Source of the DNA: an uncultured Armatimonadetes bacterium
Lineage (GTDB): Bacteria > Armatimonadota > UBA5829 > DTJY01
Assembly (NCBI GenBank): GCA_963717145.1
Contig: OY970325.1
Coordinates: 2,368,001-2,432,000, forward strand
Direction: 5' to 3'
DNA: 64,000 nucleotides
Positions 54,333 to 64,000 of this stretch are shown piece after piece. A program made the translations under genes and the position numbers. Every line of letters begins with the position of its first letter. Position 1 is the stretch's first letter. Below the pieces are notes generated by a model, which was not told where the DNA came from, ran no database searches, and worked only from the letters and a program-made list of their open reading frames with translations.

Positions 54333-56213
54333 GTGCTCAACTGGATCAGGCGATTGCTTATCGGCAGCCCGATACCATCATCGCGCGCCCTGCACGAGCG
54401 GCTGGTAAAGCTACTGGCTCTTCCTGTCTTCGCGTCCGACGCGATCTCTTCTGTGGCATATGCAACCGAGGAGATACTTCTGGCACTCGTCCTCGTCGGC
54501 ACGGCATTGGTGACCGGCACGAACATCTCGATCTACCTCTGCATTGCAATCGTTGTGCTGCTGGTGATCGTGGCGACCTCTTACCGGCAGACGATCTTCT
54601 CGTATCCATCCGGCGGCGGCGCGTACATAGTCGCCAAAGACAATCTCGGCACGATCCCCGGACTCACCGCGGGTTCGGCTCTGATGATCGATTACGTGCT
54701 CACCGTCTCTGTAAGCGTATCGGCGGGAGTCGCCGCGATCCTCTCATTCGTCCCGGACTACCAGCCTTATAGAGTCGCCATCGCCATCGCGGTCGTCGGC
54801 CTCATCGCTCTGGCCAACATGAGAGGCGTTCGAGAATCCGGCATGCTGTTTGCCACGCCGACCTATGCGTTCATCGGGAGCGCCCTGATCCTCATTGGCA
54901 CGGGGATATTCCGCATCATCACACATCCCGAGTTCGCCATTCCCGCGCCTCCTCCCGCGACGATTCCCGAGCCAACGCACGCAGGGGCGACCGGCATTCT
55001 CTTTGCCTTCTTCATCCTGCGGGCCTTCTCCAGTGGGTGTTCCGCCATGACCGGCACTGAGGCCGTGAGCAACGGAATCCCTGCCTTCCGGCCGCCGGAA
55101 TCGAAGAACGCCGCAACCACGCTCGTCTGGATGGCGGTAATCCTCGGCACGCTCTTCCTGGGGATCACCTACATCGCTTGGAAGGTCCACGTCATTCCGA
55201 TGGACCAAAATGCACCCGGATACCAGACTGTTCCATCGCAGATCGCATCGGCGCTCTTCGGCAGGAACTGGTTCTACTACCTGTTCCAGGGCGCAACCGC
55301 CGGGATACTCGTACTTGCGGCGAATACGAGTTTCGCCGACTTCCCGAGGCTCGGCTCAATCATGGCGCGCGATCGATTCCTGCCGAGACAGCTCTACAAT
55401 CTCGGGGACCGACTGGTCTTTTCGAATGGGATAATAGTACTCTCACTGCTGGCGTCGGGGTTGATCTACTTCTTCCACGGCGAGGTCAACGCCCTGATCC
55501 CGCTCTATGCGATCGGTGTGTTTCTGTCATTCACACTATCGCAGGCAGGGATGGTGAAGCACTTCCAGCGCTTCAGGGAACGTGGATGGAAGCGTGGGGC
55601 GATCGTAAGCGGCATCGGGGCGACCGCCACCGCGATTGTCTGTATCGTCCAGGCAGTGACGAAGGCCTCCGAGGGCGCATGGATCGTGCTGATCCTCATC
55701 CCGACGCTGGTATATGTGTTCTCAAGTATCCACAAGCACTACGTCACGCTCGGGAACGAACTACGGCTCACTCCTGAGGATGAGTTCGTGCCGATGGACA
55801 ACACGACTCTCGTACTTACCCCGTCGCTTCACAAGGGCGTTCTCCCCGCGCTCGAGTATGCGAAGACGCAGTCGTCGAGCGTGCGCGCGATCCACGTCGA
55901 AACCGATCCGATGGACACCGAGCTTCTCATCGAACGCTGGGACAAGTGGAGCGGCGGCATCCCGCTCATCATCCTCGAATCGCCGTACCGATCGCTCGTC
56001 GGGCCGCTGATGGAGTACCTGGACGAGGTCAGGGGGGAGAACGGAAATCAGATGGTCACGGTGGTGATCCCCGAGTTTGTGACCGGCAAGTGGTGGCACA
56101 GGGTACTGCACAACCAGTCGGGACTGATGCTCAAGTTTGCGCTGCTCTTCAAGGAAGGCGTCGTCACGACGAACATCCGATACCACGTCGGAAAGAAGCC
56201 GTCACGCAACTAG
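54333..56213 (+). CDS. APC-family permease, KimA/YdaO-like potassium transporter
   Basis: ALPVFASDAISSVAYATEE, YPSGGGAY, DYVLTVSVS, TGTEAVSNG, ANTSFADFPRL, SPYRSL, WW..LHNQS. Confidence 0.88.
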   Translation: MLNWIRRLLIGSPIPSSRALHERLVKLLALPVFASDAISSVAYATEEILLALVLVGTALVTGTNISIYLCIAIVVLLVIVATSYRQTIFSYPSGGGAYIVAKDNLGTIPGLTAGSALMIDYVLTVSVSVSAGVAAILSFVPDYQPYRVAIAIAVVGLIALANMRGVRESGMLFATPTYAFIGSALILIGTGIFRIITHPEFAIPAPPPATIPEPTHAGATGILFAFFILRAFSSGCSAMTGTEAVSNGIPAFRPPESKNAATTLVWMAVILGTLFLGITYIAWKVHVIPMDQNAPGYQTVPSQIASALFGRNWFYYLFQGATAGILVLAANTSFADFPRLGSIMARDRFLPRQLYNLGDRLVFSNGIIVLSLLASGLIYFFHGEVNALIPLYAIGVFLSFTLSQAGMVKHFQRFRERGWKRGAIVSGIGATATAIVCIVQAVTKASEGAWIVLILIPTLVYVFSSIHKHYVTLGNELRLTPEDEFVPMDNTTLVLTPSLHKGVLPALEYAKTQSSSVRAIHVETDPMDTELLIERWDKWSGGIPLIILESPYRSLVGPLMEYLDEVRGENGNQMVTVVIPEFVTGKWWHRVLHNQSGLMLKFALLFKEGVVTTNIRYHVGKKPSRN

Positions 56214-56254
56214 AGGTCTCAACCGCCCGGCAGTCCCCGACCATGCTGATCGAC

Positions 56255-57352
56255 CTACTTGGCAAGGTGTGTATCACACCGTTTGAGCGCCTGCTGCCTG
56301 TTGTATCCGTCCGGGAGCTTCTCGTAGACCGCGCGGGCTTCCGCGTACTTGCCGTCGTTGTATAACTCGCTGCCGAGGGACGAGATCGCCTTCTGATAGT
56401 AGTACGGCTCGGCCTTGTGCTTCTCCGCATACTCCTGAAGCGTCTTCAGAGAAGCAGCTTTGTCCCCGGTCTTCTTCAGCGCCTCGACCTCCATGTAGCC
56501 GGCCTCCAAAGCGAAGACTCCTCCCCAGGCAGGATCGGAGAGCGCGTGCAGGATGGCGGCCCTCTTGTAGGGCGACGGCTCATCCCAGAGGTAGATGCTA
56601 TCGACAAATAGCTCATACGCGGCCTGCTCCATGTCGTTCCGCGGGGACACGATCTGCAGGACCAGGTCGGGCAATGTGATCTTCCCCTTCCATTCGATCC
56701 GAGTGTTCCCGACGGTGTCCGGATCTTCGCAGCGGTACACCGACTTGAGGATGTATGGCTCCAAAGGGAGTGACCTGCCGTACTGCCAGGTAAGGTCATG
56801 GTAGGCCGTCTGCGACTCACCGGGGCGGAACACGCGCCCGAAGTCCTTCGGCATGCCAGGCATCAGGAACTCGATCCCGCCGGGCATCTCCGCGCCGGAC
56901 TTGCGCACTAGGCCGGACCCTCCGGTCCAATACGCGAGTTCGCCGAGCACGATCTCCTTCTTGGAGGTGTTCGTCAGGGTGAGGATGGCGACGATCGGCT
57001 CGCCGTCCACGAAAACGCTCTTCGCAAGGGATACGCCAAAGCGCACGCCCCTCAGCGTCTTGTGCGCCGAGATGGGCACGTCCTTCGCCGGCGGCATCTT
57101 CGGGATCGTGGGCGGAACAGCCGACTTGGCGCGTTCGGCGAAACTCCCTCCATACGCAGAATCGGAGATGGCGCGCATCATGATCGCGGCCTTGCAGGAC
57201 TCGACGGGCGACCAGTCCCGGACGCGCAGGGCCCTGGCGTAGACCTCGCCCATCGCTTTCTCCTTCGGATCCGATGGCGGGGCATCGGCATCCGGGCGCG
57301 CGACGCCCATGGACAGTATGATGATCGCCAGAAGCGGGAAGAGTCTTCTCAT
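56255..57352 (-). CDS. Secreted hypothetical protein with Ig-like domain and C-terminal TPR-like helices
   Basis: Signal peptide, GEPI...LTLTN, LGSELYNDGKYAEARAVYEK. Confidence 0.65.
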   Translation of the reverse strand: MRRLFPLLAIIILSMGVARPDADAPPSDPKEKAMGEVYARALRVRDWSPVESCKAAIMMRAISDSAYGGSFAERAKSAVPPTIPKMPPAKDVPISAHKTLRGVRFGVSLAKSVFVDGEPIVAILTLTNTSKKEIVLGELAYWTGGSGLVRKSGAEMPGGIEFLMPGMPKDFGRVFRPGESQTAYHDLTWQYGRSLPLEPYILKSVYRCEDPDTVGNTRIEWKGKITLPDLVLQIVSPRNDMEQAAYELFVDSIYLWDEPSPYKRAAILHALSDPAWGGVFALEAGYMEVEALKKTGDKAASLKTLQEYAEKHKAEPYYYQKAISSLGSELYNDGKYAEARAVYEKLPDGYNRQQALKRCDTHLAK

Positions 57353-57505
57353 GATCGCCTCAGTGTGGGACAGAGTATGCTCCTACTATTCGACGTCTCG
57401 GGCCTGGATTCCGTTACAGTTTCATTTCTTCATCGATCGTCCGCTTGACTTTCATCGTTCGCGCGACTATTCTTGTACCGGTACCAACCAAGGAGGATAT
57501 CGGAC

Positions 57506-59533
57506 TTGGCAAGTGTTACTACCAGATCACTACTCATCTCCCTCATCGCCGCGCTTTTGCTCGTCACGTGCGCCGCGTCGGCCGTCGTGGACAGCACGCG
57601 CAAAGAAGTGGAAGCCGCCGTCGCCGCAGTCAAGCCGGCGCTCGTCAAGATCACCGTCGTCGCCGTCGAATACGATCAGGGGCGCGAGGTGAAACTGGAG
57701 GCCTCCGGGAGCGGGGTCATCATCTCCAAAGAGGGGCACATCGTCACCAACCACCATGTCGCGGGCGATGCCAAGCAGATCACCTGCACCCTGGCCAATA
57801 AGTCCGAGATCGACGCCGTGCTCGTGGGCACGGATCCACTCTCCGACATCGCCGTCATCAAGCTCAAGCCGGCGAAACCACAGGTGTTCCCGGTCGCGAA
57901 GTTCGGCGATTCATCCGCGCTCAGGGTCGGCGACCGAGTCTTCGCGATGGGCAGTCCCCTCGCCTTCTCGCAGTCGGTCACGATGGGCGTGGTCAGCAAC
58001 ACCGAGTTGGTGATCCCCGAGCAGCTCTGGTGGTTCGACCTGACCCTCGACGGCGAGAACGTCGGCTCGATCGTGCGCTGGATCGCTCATGACGCTGCGA
58101 TCTACGGGGGCAACTCAGGCGGCCCGCTGGTCAACAGCGCCGGGCAGATCGTGGGGATCAATGAGATCGACATCGGGCTGAGCGGCGCGATCCCCGGAAA
58201 CCTTGCGAAGGAAGTCGCCGACCAGATCATCAAGTTCGGCAAGGTGAAGCGGAGTTGGATGGGCCTGATGACTCAGCCGCTCCTGAAGTCGTCCGACCGC
58301 AAAACCGGCGTGCTGATCGGCGGAACGGTCGAGGGATCGCCGGCGGAGAAGGCCGGATTCCAGCCGGGCGACATCCTCGTCAAGCTTGCGGGCAAGCCGT
58401 GTACCGTCCGATTCGGCGAGGAAGTGCCGATCTTCAACCACTTCCTCATGGGACTGGCGGCCGGGAAGACGATCGACGCGATCGTCGTCCGCGGCGGCAA
58501 GGACGTGTCGCTCAAGGTCACACCGATCGACCGGGAGAACGCGATCTCGAAGCCCCAAGAGTTCAAGCAGTGGGGAATCTGTGCGAGCAACATCACATTC
58601 TTCGAGGCCAAGGAGAAAAAGCGCCCGAACAAGGACGGAGTGCTCGTCACCAGCGTCGGGCCGGGCGGACCGGCGGGGAATGCGAAGCCCGGCATCCAGG
58701 AAGAGGATGTCATCGTGCGGGTGGCCGATAAGCCGGTCAAGAACGTGGGCGACCTGCGCAGGATCACCCTCGAAGTCACCACTGGGAAGACGGACCCCGT
58801 CCCCACGATCGTCGCTTTCGAGCGCGGATCGAGTCAGTTCCTCACGGTTGTCAAGATCGGGAAGCAGGACCTCAAGGATCCCGGCCTGGAGGTACGCAAG
58901 GCGTGGCTTCCGGCGGCGGTCCAGGTGCTCACGCGGGACATCGCGGAGGCGCTGGGGATGAAGGGACGGACGGGTGTGCGGGTGACTCAGGTCTACCCCA
59001 ACACGTCCGCCGACAAAGCCGGCCTGAAGGTCGGTGACATCATCGTTAGCCTCGACGGAACGCCGGTGGCCGCCTCTGAGCCGGAGGACGTGGAGGTGCT
59101 GCCCGCCATGATCCGCCAGTATAGGATCGGGACGGTCGCCGAGCTTGGTGTTGTCCGCAATGGCGCGGAGATGAAGATCCCGGTCGAACTTGTAGCGTCT
59201 CAGAAACTCGTCCGCGAGATGAAGAAGTACCGGGACGACGGCTTCGAGTTCACTGTGCGGGACATCAGCTTCTTCGATCGGGTAACGAATCATTGGACCG
59301 AGAAGCAGGCAGGCGTCCTCGTGGATTCGGTCACGGAGGGCGGATGGGCGTCGCTCGGCGGCCTCCTCACCGGTGACCTGATCGTCGGCCTGGACGGGCA
59401 GGATGTCGCGGACACGGCGAGCTTCGAGGCGATGATGAAGAAGCTGGCGGCGTCGAAGCCGAAAACCACGATCTTCCGCGTGAAGACGGACATTTCCGAG
59501 GCGTATGTGGAGTTGAAACCGAGTTGGAACTAG
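57506..59533 (+). CDS. HtrA/DegP-like serine protease with multiple PDZ domains
   Basis: GSGVII, TNHHV, DIAV, GGNSGGPL; about four GD-type PDZ motifs; AGGAGG RBS before TTG 57506. Confidence 0.92.
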   Translation: MASVTTRSLLISLIAALLLVTCAASAVVDSTRKEVEAAVAAVKPALVKITVVAVEYDQGREVKLEASGSGVIISKEGHIVTNHHVAGDAKQITCTLANKSEIDAVLVGTDPLSDIAVIKLKPAKPQVFPVAKFGDSSALRVGDRVFAMGSPLAFSQSVTMGVVSNTELVIPEQLWWFDLTLDGENVGSIVRWIAHDAAIYGGNSGGPLVNSAGQIVGINEIDIGLSGAIPGNLAKEVADQIIKFGKVKRSWMGLMTQPLLKSSDRKTGVLIGGTVEGSPAEKAGFQPGDILVKLAGKPCTVRFGEEVPIFNHFLMGLAAGKTIDAIVVRGGKDVSLKVTPIDRENAISKPQEFKQWGICASNITFFEAKEKKRPNKDGVLVTSVGPGGPAGNAKPGIQEEDVIVRVADKPVKNVGDLRRITLEVTTGKTDPVPTIVAFERGSSQFLTVVKIGKQDLKDPGLEVRKAWLPAAVQVLTRDIAEALGMKGRTGVRVTQVYPNTSADKAGLKVGDIIVSLDGTPVAASEPEDVEVLPAMIRQYRIGTVAELGVVRNGAEMKIPVELVASQKLVREMKKYRDDGFEFTVRDISFFDRVTNHWTEKQAGVLVDSVTEGGWASLGGLLTGDLIVGLDGQDVADTASFEAMMKKLAASKPKTTIFRVKTDISEAYVELKPSWN

Positions 59534-59564
59534 GAGCAGGGAATAAGGAGTCAAGGAGCAGAGA

Positions 59565-60341
59565 ATGAAGAAGATGAGAATCGTTCTTGCGGTGTTGTGT
59601 CTGGCGGCGGTATGCGTTATGGTCGTCCCGGCGTCCGCCGATGAACTGGCTACGACGGGAAGACAGATCATTGCCAAGTGGCAGGATGCGATCGTCAGCG
59701 TTCAGCTTGTCGTGAAGACGACCGTCACCTATGAGGGCGAGCAGTCGCCTCCGGAGGAGCAGAAAGTCGAGGCCAATGCGGTGGTGATCGATCCATCGGG
59801 GCTCGTGGTCACGGCGCTCTCGGGGATCAGCCCGGATGAGTCGATCGCGGACTACATGGGCGAAGAGGCCGACAAGTATAAGATCTCGACCGAGGTCGCA
59901 GATGTCAAGATACTGATGGGCGGTGGGCAGGAGATTCCCGCGACGGTAGTGCTGCGGGACAAGGAACTCGACCTGGCGTTCATCCGTCCGACGACGAAGC
60001 CCGAAAAGCCGATGACCGCCGTCGACCTCGCGAAGGGGTCGAAGCCTGGTGTGCTCGATCAGGTACTCGGGCTCGCACGTCAGGGCATGGTGGCAAGCCG
60101 CGCGATATCCGCATCGTTCGACCGGATCGAGACCGTGGTGGAAAAGCCCCGGTTCTTCAGCATCCCGGACCAGGGCCTCGACATGGGCGCGAGCGTATTC
60201 ACGCTGGACGCCGGGTTCGCCGGCCTGGTGGTCCTTCGCCAACTCCCGGCCGCCGCGGGGAACACCGACTGGTACAGCAACTCGGTGCAGATCATCATTC
60301 CCGCCGCCGACATCCAGGAGGCCGCCAAGCAGGCGCCATAG
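59565..60341 (+). CDS. Secreted trypsin-fold protein lacking the catalytic His and Ser (pseudo-protease)
   Basis: AVVIDPSGLVVTA (no His), RDKELDLAFIR, DMGASVF in place of GNSGG. Confidence 0.7.
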   Translation: MKKMRIVLAVLCLAAVCVMVVPASADELATTGRQIIAKWQDAIVSVQLVVKTTVTYEGEQSPPEEQKVEANAVVIDPSGLVVTALSGISPDESIADYMGEEADKYKISTEVADVKILMGGGQEIPATVVLRDKELDLAFIRPTTKPEKPMTAVDLAKGSKPGVLDQVLGLARQGMVASRAISASFDRIETVVEKPRFFSIPDQGLDMGASVFTLDAGFAGLVVLRQLPAAAGNTDWYSNSVQIIIPAADIQEAAKQAP

Positions 60342-60366
60342 ATTCGCCCGGCGGGATACATGATTA

Positions 60367-60397
60367 CAGCAGGAGTGACATATGGTCACTCCTGCTG
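60367..60397 (+). terminator. Hairpin after the protease pair
   Basis: cagcaggagtgac / gtcactcctgctg 13-bp stem; no clear U tract. Confidence 0.5.
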
Positions 60398-60608
60398 CTC
60401 CGGCATGACCCACTGACTGGGAAATAAATGCATCCAAAAAATGTATCGAACTGCTTGACAACTCCTTAGGGTTGTGCGACAATCGAATTGGCATGCACAC
60501 TTGTAGTTGTCCTGCCTCACATAGCCCACACCCGCCGCTTACTCCACGGGCATAGTGACCGCATGCCACCGACTCAACAAGCGCAGCACGAGTAATGGAG
60601 TACCAGAC

Positions 60609-60974
60609 ATGGAAGTAGCAGTGAAGTTGAGCAGCCGTCTTGTGGACGGCACCCCAGTTATTGACGCAGAAGGCGAGCTGGACTACGTGGCGATACCGGC
60701 GTTCAGAGATGAGGTATCGGGCCTGATCGAGCAGGGACATACGAACATAGTGGTTGATATGTCTCAGGTCTGCTTCATGGACAGTGGCGGAATCACCGGC
60801 ATCATCTACACCATGAAGCGACTGGCCGGTTTGCATGGCCGCGTAACCCTTGCCGGCTGCAACGAGATGATCTTCCACAAGCTCGAGATAGCCGGGCTGA
60901 CCAGGATTTCCACTGCACTCAGATTTGCCCCAGATGTGGAGCAAGCTGTGCGGGAGCTTAGAAAAGCTTCATAG
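60609..60974 (+). CDS. STAS-domain anti-sigma-factor antagonist (RsbV/SpoIIAA-like)
   Basis: GELD, IVVDMSQVCFMDSGG, IAGL. Confidence 0.9.
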   Translation: MEVAVKLSSRLVDGTPVIDAEGELDYVAIPAFRDEVSGLIEQGHTNIVVDMSQVCFMDSGGITGIIYTMKRLAGLHGRVTLAGCNEMIFHKLEIAGLTRISTALRFAPDVEQAVRELRKAS

Positions 60975-61022
60975 ACATCGTTCCCGTCCGACTTCAGCTT
61001 TTGTGAGTACGGAGCGCTGTTG

Positions 61023-63242
61023 ATGGACAACCGGCAAGCGCAAAGGGTCACAGGCGGAACTCGATCCGCGGGCAGCGCCCTCGAGGCGATGGGACATCTG
61101 CATCGTCTATCGTCGCTGATTGCGTCCGGGCGACTTGACGAGGCCGTCAGCACGGCTGTCGAGATTCCAATCCAATGCCTCGGCATTAGCGCCTCCGCTC
61201 TGCTCCTTCCCTCATCGAATCCCGACAGACTGCGCCTCATTACCAGTCGCAACCTGAGCGCCGACCTGCAGAGAGACGTGATCACGTTCTGCAGCGATGA
61301 TCTCATCGATTGGGTCATCAAGAACGGAGCGCCGAAGGCGATCAATGATTTCGCCGCGCTCCTTCCCGAGGCATCATCCCGCTATCTGCAATACGGCATG
61401 AGGGCCGCCGTTTGCGCACCGGTCGACATTGCCGGGGCATCACCCGGTGCGCTGCTGTGCGTTTCCCGGTCACCGAAGGCATTCGCGGTCTGGGAGGTAG
61501 AGCTGATCTCCCTGCTGGCCAACCAGATCACGTCGGTTCTCCGACAGCAACAGACGACGACCCCGGTCCCGAGCCCGCCCCCCGACGATCCAACTCCGGA
61601 GGTCGAGAGCGCCGGCGACATAGTTCAACGGGTGCTCACCGAAGCACTCTCTTCCGTTCATGCGGACGGTGGCTCGATCATGGCCAAACACGGCAACCGT
61701 CTGCGGATCATCGCCTCTCAGGGCCTTCATGCGGACGCGCCTCGATCCTCGAGCCTCTCGGACAAGACGATCACATCCTGGGTCGCTCTGCACGGCAAGC
61801 CCGTAACGCTGAACGGCAAAGTGCAGGACGAGCGATTCGCGCCCGCGGTAGCGCGCCCTGAGATCGTCTCCGCGATGTCCGTGCCTCTGACGAGCGGCAA
61901 CAGCATCGTCGGGGTTCTCAATGTGCACAGCACGCAAGCCTGGCGGTCATACACGCCTCGGGATCTGGGCACTCTCGGCAAGGTCGCCGGGCGTGTGGCT
62001 CTCGGCATCGAATACGCCAGGCTCTTCGAGGAGTCCAAGAGCCAGACTCGTTACCTGCGAAGCCTCTATAGGATCGCGCGCGCCATCACGTCCACCCTCG
62101 ACCTCGATAGTGTCGTGCAGGTGATCATCAAGTACATGTGCGAGCACTTGTCCTCGGACGTGTGCGCGTTGCTCATGTACGATCGCTCATACGACGAGAT
62201 CCAGCTCGCGGGGGGTTACTCGGCGTCCGGCGGTCCGGATGAGCAGTACATGCAGCTAATGAGGCCGGCAGTCAAGGCCGTGCGCCGTTCGAAGCGACCG
62301 TTGGAGTACCACGACCTGCTGAAGGCTCCGGAATACGCGAATGTCGAGGCCGTACACAGGCTCGGGCTCCGATCGGGAGTCGTGGCCGCACTCTCGGTCA
62401 AGGGACACATTGTCGGTTTCGTGGCCGCATTCCGCCGTCAACCGGGGGGATTCGCGCGCCAGGTGGTGAAGGTGCTGCCCGGCCTCGCGGAACTCGCGGC
62501 TATCGCGATCGAGAATGCCAGGCTGTATCAGCGGCAGGTCGATATCGCGCATCTGACGCAGAAGACCCTTGTGCCGATGTCCCTGCAAGACATCCCCGGC
62601 TTCGATATCGGCTACAAATACGCACCCGCTTACCAGGTCGGCGGTGACTATTGCGATATAATCAGACTGCAGGACGGGCGGTACGGGATCGCGATCGCGG
62701 ATGTGGCGGGCAAGGATATCAAGGCGGCGGCGCACATCGGGATGTGCCGGCACTCGCTCCGCGCCGTTGCTGATGAGATCAAATCGCCCGCCGTTCTGAT
62801 GAAGAAGATGAACCAGTGCGTGTGCGATCAGACCGAGCCCGAGGCGTTCATCAGCATGATCTACGCGATCCTCGATCCGGCAACAAGGAAGCTCACGCTC
62901 TGCTCTGCAGGCCACGAACCAGCCGTCGTTTTCCGCAAGAAATCCGTATGCCTGGAGGAACTGTCAACATTCAACCTGCTGCTCGGCATACGACCGCATG
63001 AGACTTACGGCCAACGAAGGACCTCGATACGACCTGGGGATATTCTCACACTGTACACAGACGGCTTGGTCGAGGCTCTCGCGAGCGGGGAGACTCCGGG
63101 TGTGGAGAAGCTCAAGAGCCTGCTCGTCGACTGCCACATGCAGCCGATGCAGGAGATAGCCGACACTCTCCACGATCAGGCGTCTGATCACACGACAAGG
63201 AACCCGGATGATATCGCGCTGATTCTGCTGAAGGCATTGTGA
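61023..63242 (+). CDS. Triple-GAF PP2C/SpoIIE (RsbU-like) phosphatase
   Basis: Three GAF repeats; VGGDY, IADVAGK, SAGHEP, LYTDGL, DDI. Confidence 0.9.
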   Translation: MDNRQAQRVTGGTRSAGSALEAMGHLHRLSSLIASGRLDEAVSTAVEIPIQCLGISASALLLPSSNPDRLRLITSRNLSADLQRDVITFCSDDLIDWVIKNGAPKAINDFAALLPEASSRYLQYGMRAAVCAPVDIAGASPGALLCVSRSPKAFAVWEVELISLLANQITSVLRQQQTTTPVPSPPPDDPTPEVESAGDIVQRVLTEALSSVHADGGSIMAKHGNRLRIIASQGLHADAPRSSSLSDKTITSWVALHGKPVTLNGKVQDERFAPAVARPEIVSAMSVPLTSGNSIVGVLNVHSTQAWRSYTPRDLGTLGKVAGRVALGIEYARLFEESKSQTRYLRSLYRIARAITSTLDLDSVVQVIIKYMCEHLSSDVCALLMYDRSYDEIQLAGGYSASGGPDEQYMQLMRPAVKAVRRSKRPLEYHDLLKAPEYANVEAVHRLGLRSGVVAALSVKGHIVGFVAAFRRQPGGFARQVVKVLPGLAELAAIAIENARLYQRQVDIAHLTQKTLVPMSLQDIPGFDIGYKYAPAYQVGGDYCDIIRLQDGRYGIAIADVAGKDIKAAAHIGMCRHSLRAVADEIKSPAVLMKKMNQCVCDQTEPEAFISMIYAILDPATRKLTLCSAGHEPAVVFRKKSVCLEELSTFNLLLGIRPHETYGQRRTSIRPGDILTLYTDGLVEALASGETPGVEKLKSLLVDCHMQPMQEIADTLHDQASDHTTRNPDDIALILLKAL

Positions 63243-63256
63243 GTAACAACGCGAAT

Positions 63257-63359
63257 CTTCGGCCCGGCAAGTAGGGAACGGTCGCTGTCCCGTTCCGCTG
63301 GTGTCGTCTCCAACGATGCGGAAAGGGACGGCGACCGTTCCCTACTTGCTGGGCCGAAG
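63257..63359. repeat. GTAGGGAACG REP doublet nested in an outer inverted repeat
   Basis: cttcggcccggcaa-gtagggaacgg...ccgttccctac-ttgctgggccgaag. Confidence 0.85.
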
Positions 63360-63364
63360 GTTCG

Positions 63365-64000
<636 letters not shown>

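Noticed and set aside
60488-60506. Sigma54 promoter (TGGCATG...TTG)
   Set aside because: The -24/-12 spacing is off by one and the -12 GC is absent.

Overview
High-GC bacterial chromosomal window. The gene content suggests an Armatimonadota-like diderm; this is an inference from the PEP-CTERM proteins, the TIGR03790 protein, an H-X9-DG-type prepilin and the TonB system. Housekeeping genes are glmU, pth, thiE, prmA, dnaJ, rpoZ, tatC, rbsK, argH, a PrsA-like foldase and a DUF1998 helicase. Other modules are a cobalamin-riboswitch-controlled cobinamide salvage operon with its own ExbB/ExbD/TonB, a PEP-CTERM locus behind a long structured leader, a carbohydrate-utilisation cluster (prepilin, GH-like proteins, ABC transporter, GH38), a KdpD/KdpE-like system next to a KimA-like APC transporter, an HtrA plus pseudo-protease pair and a STAS/GAF-PP2C pair. 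No rRNA, tRNA or CRISPR array was seen. The most striking signal is a ~1.14-kb element (48039-49185) that carries only a GxxExxY PD-(D/E)XK nuclease gene. It is bracketed by two inverted, mutually homologous arrays (3x ~98 bp and 2-3x 135 bp), bounded by a 5-bp direct repeat and inserted into an operon junction. The window also holds many families of short palindromes and micro-repeats that have entered coding sequence in frame, build signal peptides, or supply stop codons and RBSs. Two probable +1 homopolymer frameshifts (rpoZ, kdpD-like) may be sequencing errors. All family assignments come from motif recognition by eye; no database search was run.
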